Assembly (NCBI RefSeq): GCF_001194135.2
Contig: NC_068988.1
Location: 89,637,140-89,677,973 of the forward strand
Length of the DNA stretch: 40,834 nucleotides
Reading direction: 5' to 3'
Source of the DNA: Octopus bimaculoides
Lineage: Eukaryota
Below the pieces are notes generated by a model. The model saw nothing but the letters and a program-made list of their open reading frames with translations, was not told where the DNA came from and made no database searches. The position numbers were made by a program, and so were the translations under genes. Of this stretch, positions 37,756 to 40,834 are shown piece after piece (positions within the stretch are counted from its first letter, which is position 1; each line of letters opens with the position of its first letter).

Positions 37756-38690
37756 CAAACAAACACACAAACACATACATAAACGCACACACGTCGAAAT
37801 GATATTAGAGTTTTAAATAAAGTAGGTCTTAAAGTACACGTTTGTATGGTCAGAAGTGAAACGCACTGAATCATAAGATAACTTGGTTAGCTTTTCTTCA
37901 ATTCCTAAACAACACCAAAATTTATTTGTATGTTAAATTGATTCTACTATGAAGCTAAGCTTAAAAACAAATTCAAATTTTGTAAGACTTTAATACAGAA
38001 ATGATCAAGATTAAAATCAAACTAATACAATTTACCGCGCCTGATATAACCAGCAGCTTTAAAATCTCATAGAAAATATGAAATCGATAAAGCAGCAAAT
38101 CTTTCAGTTTTATTCAACAATCATAAACATCTGACATTGTCATATTGCAATCTTTAATTAATACAAATAACGAATAAATTACTAATAAAGATACTGAAAA
38201 AAAAGAAAATCTAAAATAAGATGGAGCAGATGTTGAAGAATAACTGTAGCTTTTTTAAAAAATCATTAGTTGTTGTTTTTAGCACTATATCAACAGTCGT
38301 TGAGCAGATTTTTGAAATTAAGAGCCCCTACTTGACCACGCTGTCATTGAACATATAAATGTATTTGTCTACTTAAGAGTATGTGTAAAACGAAGTAGTT
38401 TTGGCATTTACGTGAAGATGTCTAGCTTCGCATTCTATTACAAGAGGTACATGCCCACACATACGGTATTGTTTTTTTTATCTCGGAAGGATTATTATAC
38501 CAGTAATATACATACGCACTGGCTCCCATTTACGTCTTTATTATTCGTGAAATGGTTAGGTATTTAACCAATCAACTAATCGATTTTCTTTTATTAATCA
38601 TGCGGTAATAGCAAGCAAAGAGTTGTTTCACAAAGTTCTTCCGTCACCATTCACGACCTGTGCAATGACATGCGCCCTTTTCTCTAGGTG

Positions 38691-38736
<46 letters not shown>

Positions 38737-39646
38737 NNNNNNNNNNNNNNNNNNNNNNNNNNNNNNNNNNNNNNNNNNNNNNNNNNNNNNNNNNNNNNNN
38801 NNNNNNNNNNNNNNNNNNNNNNNNNNNNNNNNNNNNNNNNNNNNNNNNNNNNNNNNNNNNNNNNNNNNNNNNNNNNNNNNNNNNNNNNNNNNNNNNNNNN
38901 NNNNNNNNNNNNNNNNNNNNNNNNNNNNNNNNNNNNNNNNNNNNNNNNNNNNNNNNNNNNNNNNNNNNNNNNNNNNNNNNNNNNNNNNNNNNNNNNNNNN
39001 NNNNNNNNNNNNNNNNNNNNNNNNNNNNNNNNNNNNNNNNNNNNNNNNNNNNNNNNNNNNNNNNNNNNNNNNNNNNNNNNNNNNNNNNNNNNNNNNNNNN
39101 NNNNNNNNNNNNNNNNNNNNNNNNNNNNNNNNNNNNNNNNNNNNNNNNNNNNNNNNNNNNNNNNNNNNNNNNNNNNNNNNNNNNNNNNNNNNNNNNNNNN
39201 NNNNNNNNNNNNNNNNNNNNNNNNNNNNNNNNNNNNNNNNNNNNNNNNNNNNNNNNNNNNNNNNNNNNNNNNNNNNNNNNNNNNNNNNNNNNNNNNNNNN
39301 NNNNNNNNNNNNNNNNNNNNNNNNNNNNNNNNNNNNNNNNNNNNNNNNNNNNNNNNNNNNNNNNNNNNNNNNNNNNNNNNNNNNNNNNNNNNNNNNNNNN
39401 NNNNNNNNNNNNNNNNNNNNNNNNNNNNNNNNNNNNNNNNNNNNNNNNNNNNNNNNNNNNNNNNNNNNNNNNNNNNNNNNNNNNNNNNNNNNNNNNNNNN
39501 NNNNNNNNNNNNNNNNNNNNNNNNNNNNNNNNNNNNNNNNNNNNNNNNNNNNNNNNNNNNNNNNNNNNNNNNNNNNNNNNNNNNNNNNNNNNNNNNNNNN
39601 NNNNNNNNNNNNNNNNNNNNNNNNNNNNNNNNNNNNNNNNNNNNNT

Positions 39647-39667
39647 TATTATTATTATTATTATTAT

Positions 39668-39714
<47 letters not shown>

Positions 39715-39715
39715 A

Positions 39716-39772
<57 letters not shown>

Positions 39773-39822
39773 CAACAGCAGCAACAGCACCAACAGTAGT
39801 AGTATAGTTATTATTATTATTG
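39647..39822. repeat. Compound (TTA)n/(TAG)n/(CAG/CAA) microsatellite next to a 910-nt gap
   Basis: Directly visible. Confidence 0.95.
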
Positions 39823-39974
39823 TAGACCCCGCACATTACCCAATATTGTAATGTTGTGAATTGGAAATATGGAGAATACCGGGGATTTTTTCAGTGATCA
39901 AGTGCTTCTTCACGTCGGTTGGTATTGAACTCAATGCATGCAGGACTTTGCCGTTATTATTACTATTATTATTA

Positions 39975-40055
<81 letters not shown>

Positions 40056-40063
40056 TTTTTTAT

Positions 40064-40610
40064 GAGAGAGAGAGAATAGTTCATACGATCAAAGTGACAC
40101 TGGGGTAAAATATACGAACCCCATTTTACCCATCATGACTACTCTTCTGATAAGGACGCAATAGGCACATGCATCACAACCATATGTGCGTGACATGGTG
40201 ACCTTATATCGAGATAAACAGTGTATGGCCTTGCAGGTGGGGCCCAGCTAGAATTTTCTTCAGGTTGAGTAGTCTTTTCCGCACAAAAGGTCACCAAAAC
40301 ACCCATGTTTCCAGAGGTCAATTATCCCAAACCCCAAATGATTCCTCTCAACACATGGCTATGATGCTCCCCCACTACTTCTTCTCGGGATCAGAGATGC
40401 ACATATTCTCAACTGGTGATGGTCAAGCAACAGACAAGCAAATCTGTGATACTGAGCAGAAAATTTGCTGGAGCCCATCTTTCATAGCGAAACAACATAT
40501 GTCCAATAATAACACTTCCAATCAGTTAAGGTCAGGAGCCATGAGAGCCAGTGCATGTTACAGCCAATGGAGACAGTGCCTGGTACTCCCATGAGAGGCG
40601 GTTCGAGGTA
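40064..40610 (-). mobile_element. Interspersed repeat family B, longest copy, bracketed by (AAT)n tracts at both ends
   Basis: Matches the other two copies over their shared length. It extends further to ...gtatattttaccccagtgtcactttgatcg...ctctctctcataa, followed by (AAT)n at about 40050-39952. Confidence 0.85.
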
Positions 40611-40645
40611 TTTATTATGAGTAGTATTATCATTATTATTATTAT

Positions 40646-40698
<53 letters not shown>

Positions 40699-40700
40699 GA

Positions 40701-40834
40701 GAAAAATCCCAGCAATGGCTGAGAAGCTCAGGACTCAAAGCAGAGACTGAAGGATTTTTAATTGCTGCACAAGACCAAAGCCTCCCCACCAGAAATTACC
40801 AAAAACACATAATGAAAAGAAATATAACAAGTAA
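40701..40834 (+). mobile_element. Dong/R4-type LINE fragment running off the window end
   Basis: Uninterrupted frame EKSQQWLRSSGLKAETEGFLIAAQDQSLPTRNYQKHIMKRNITS, starting immediately after (AAT)n. It is the same protein region as the 36613-36925 fragment. Confidence 0.88.

Larger units (their letters stand above)
863..39646. other. Assembly gaps: 863-872, 2425-2668, 3752-4035, 5672-5681, 8476-8582, 17722-17824, 26660-26711, 31208-32117, 33286-33582, 34545-34554, 38737-39646
   Basis: N-runs, nearly all bordered by (TA)n, (CA)n, (CT)n, (C)n or (ATT)n. The two largest are both exactly 910 nt, which suggests estimated sizes. Confidence 0.98.

Overview
This is an AT-rich, repeat-dense eukaryotic window, intronic or intergenic in character, from a gapped short-read draft assembly. 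It has 11 N-runs totalling about 2.9 kb, and most are flanked by microsatellites. The SINE families and microsatellite load match what I recall of octopus (coleoid cephalopod) DNA; this is an inference and not a database result. No ORF in the supplied track is a credible stand-alone gene, as most are microsatellite or N-run artefacts. There are no prokaryote-type features, rRNA or CRISPR arrays. The supported content is mobile DNA: several tRNA-type SINE copies from two families, three copies of a third ~0.3-0.55 kb repeat, a decayed RTE-clade LINE, four Dong/R4-type restriction-like-endonuclease LINE fragments, and an internally deleted mariner with TIRs. There is also a 1.5 kb TSD-flanked element with a gag/ORF1-like zinc knuckle but no reverse transcriptase, inserted inside a SINE head. 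The most notable observations are (i) that ORF1-only insertion and (ii) the fact that all three copies of the third repeat sit next to a Dong/R4 fragment, two of them across an (AAT)n tract. A tentative third observation is a frame-consistent chain of three minus-strand exons at 14.4-15.6 kb with no recognisable product. I cannot support a claim of a wholly new biological system from this window alone.
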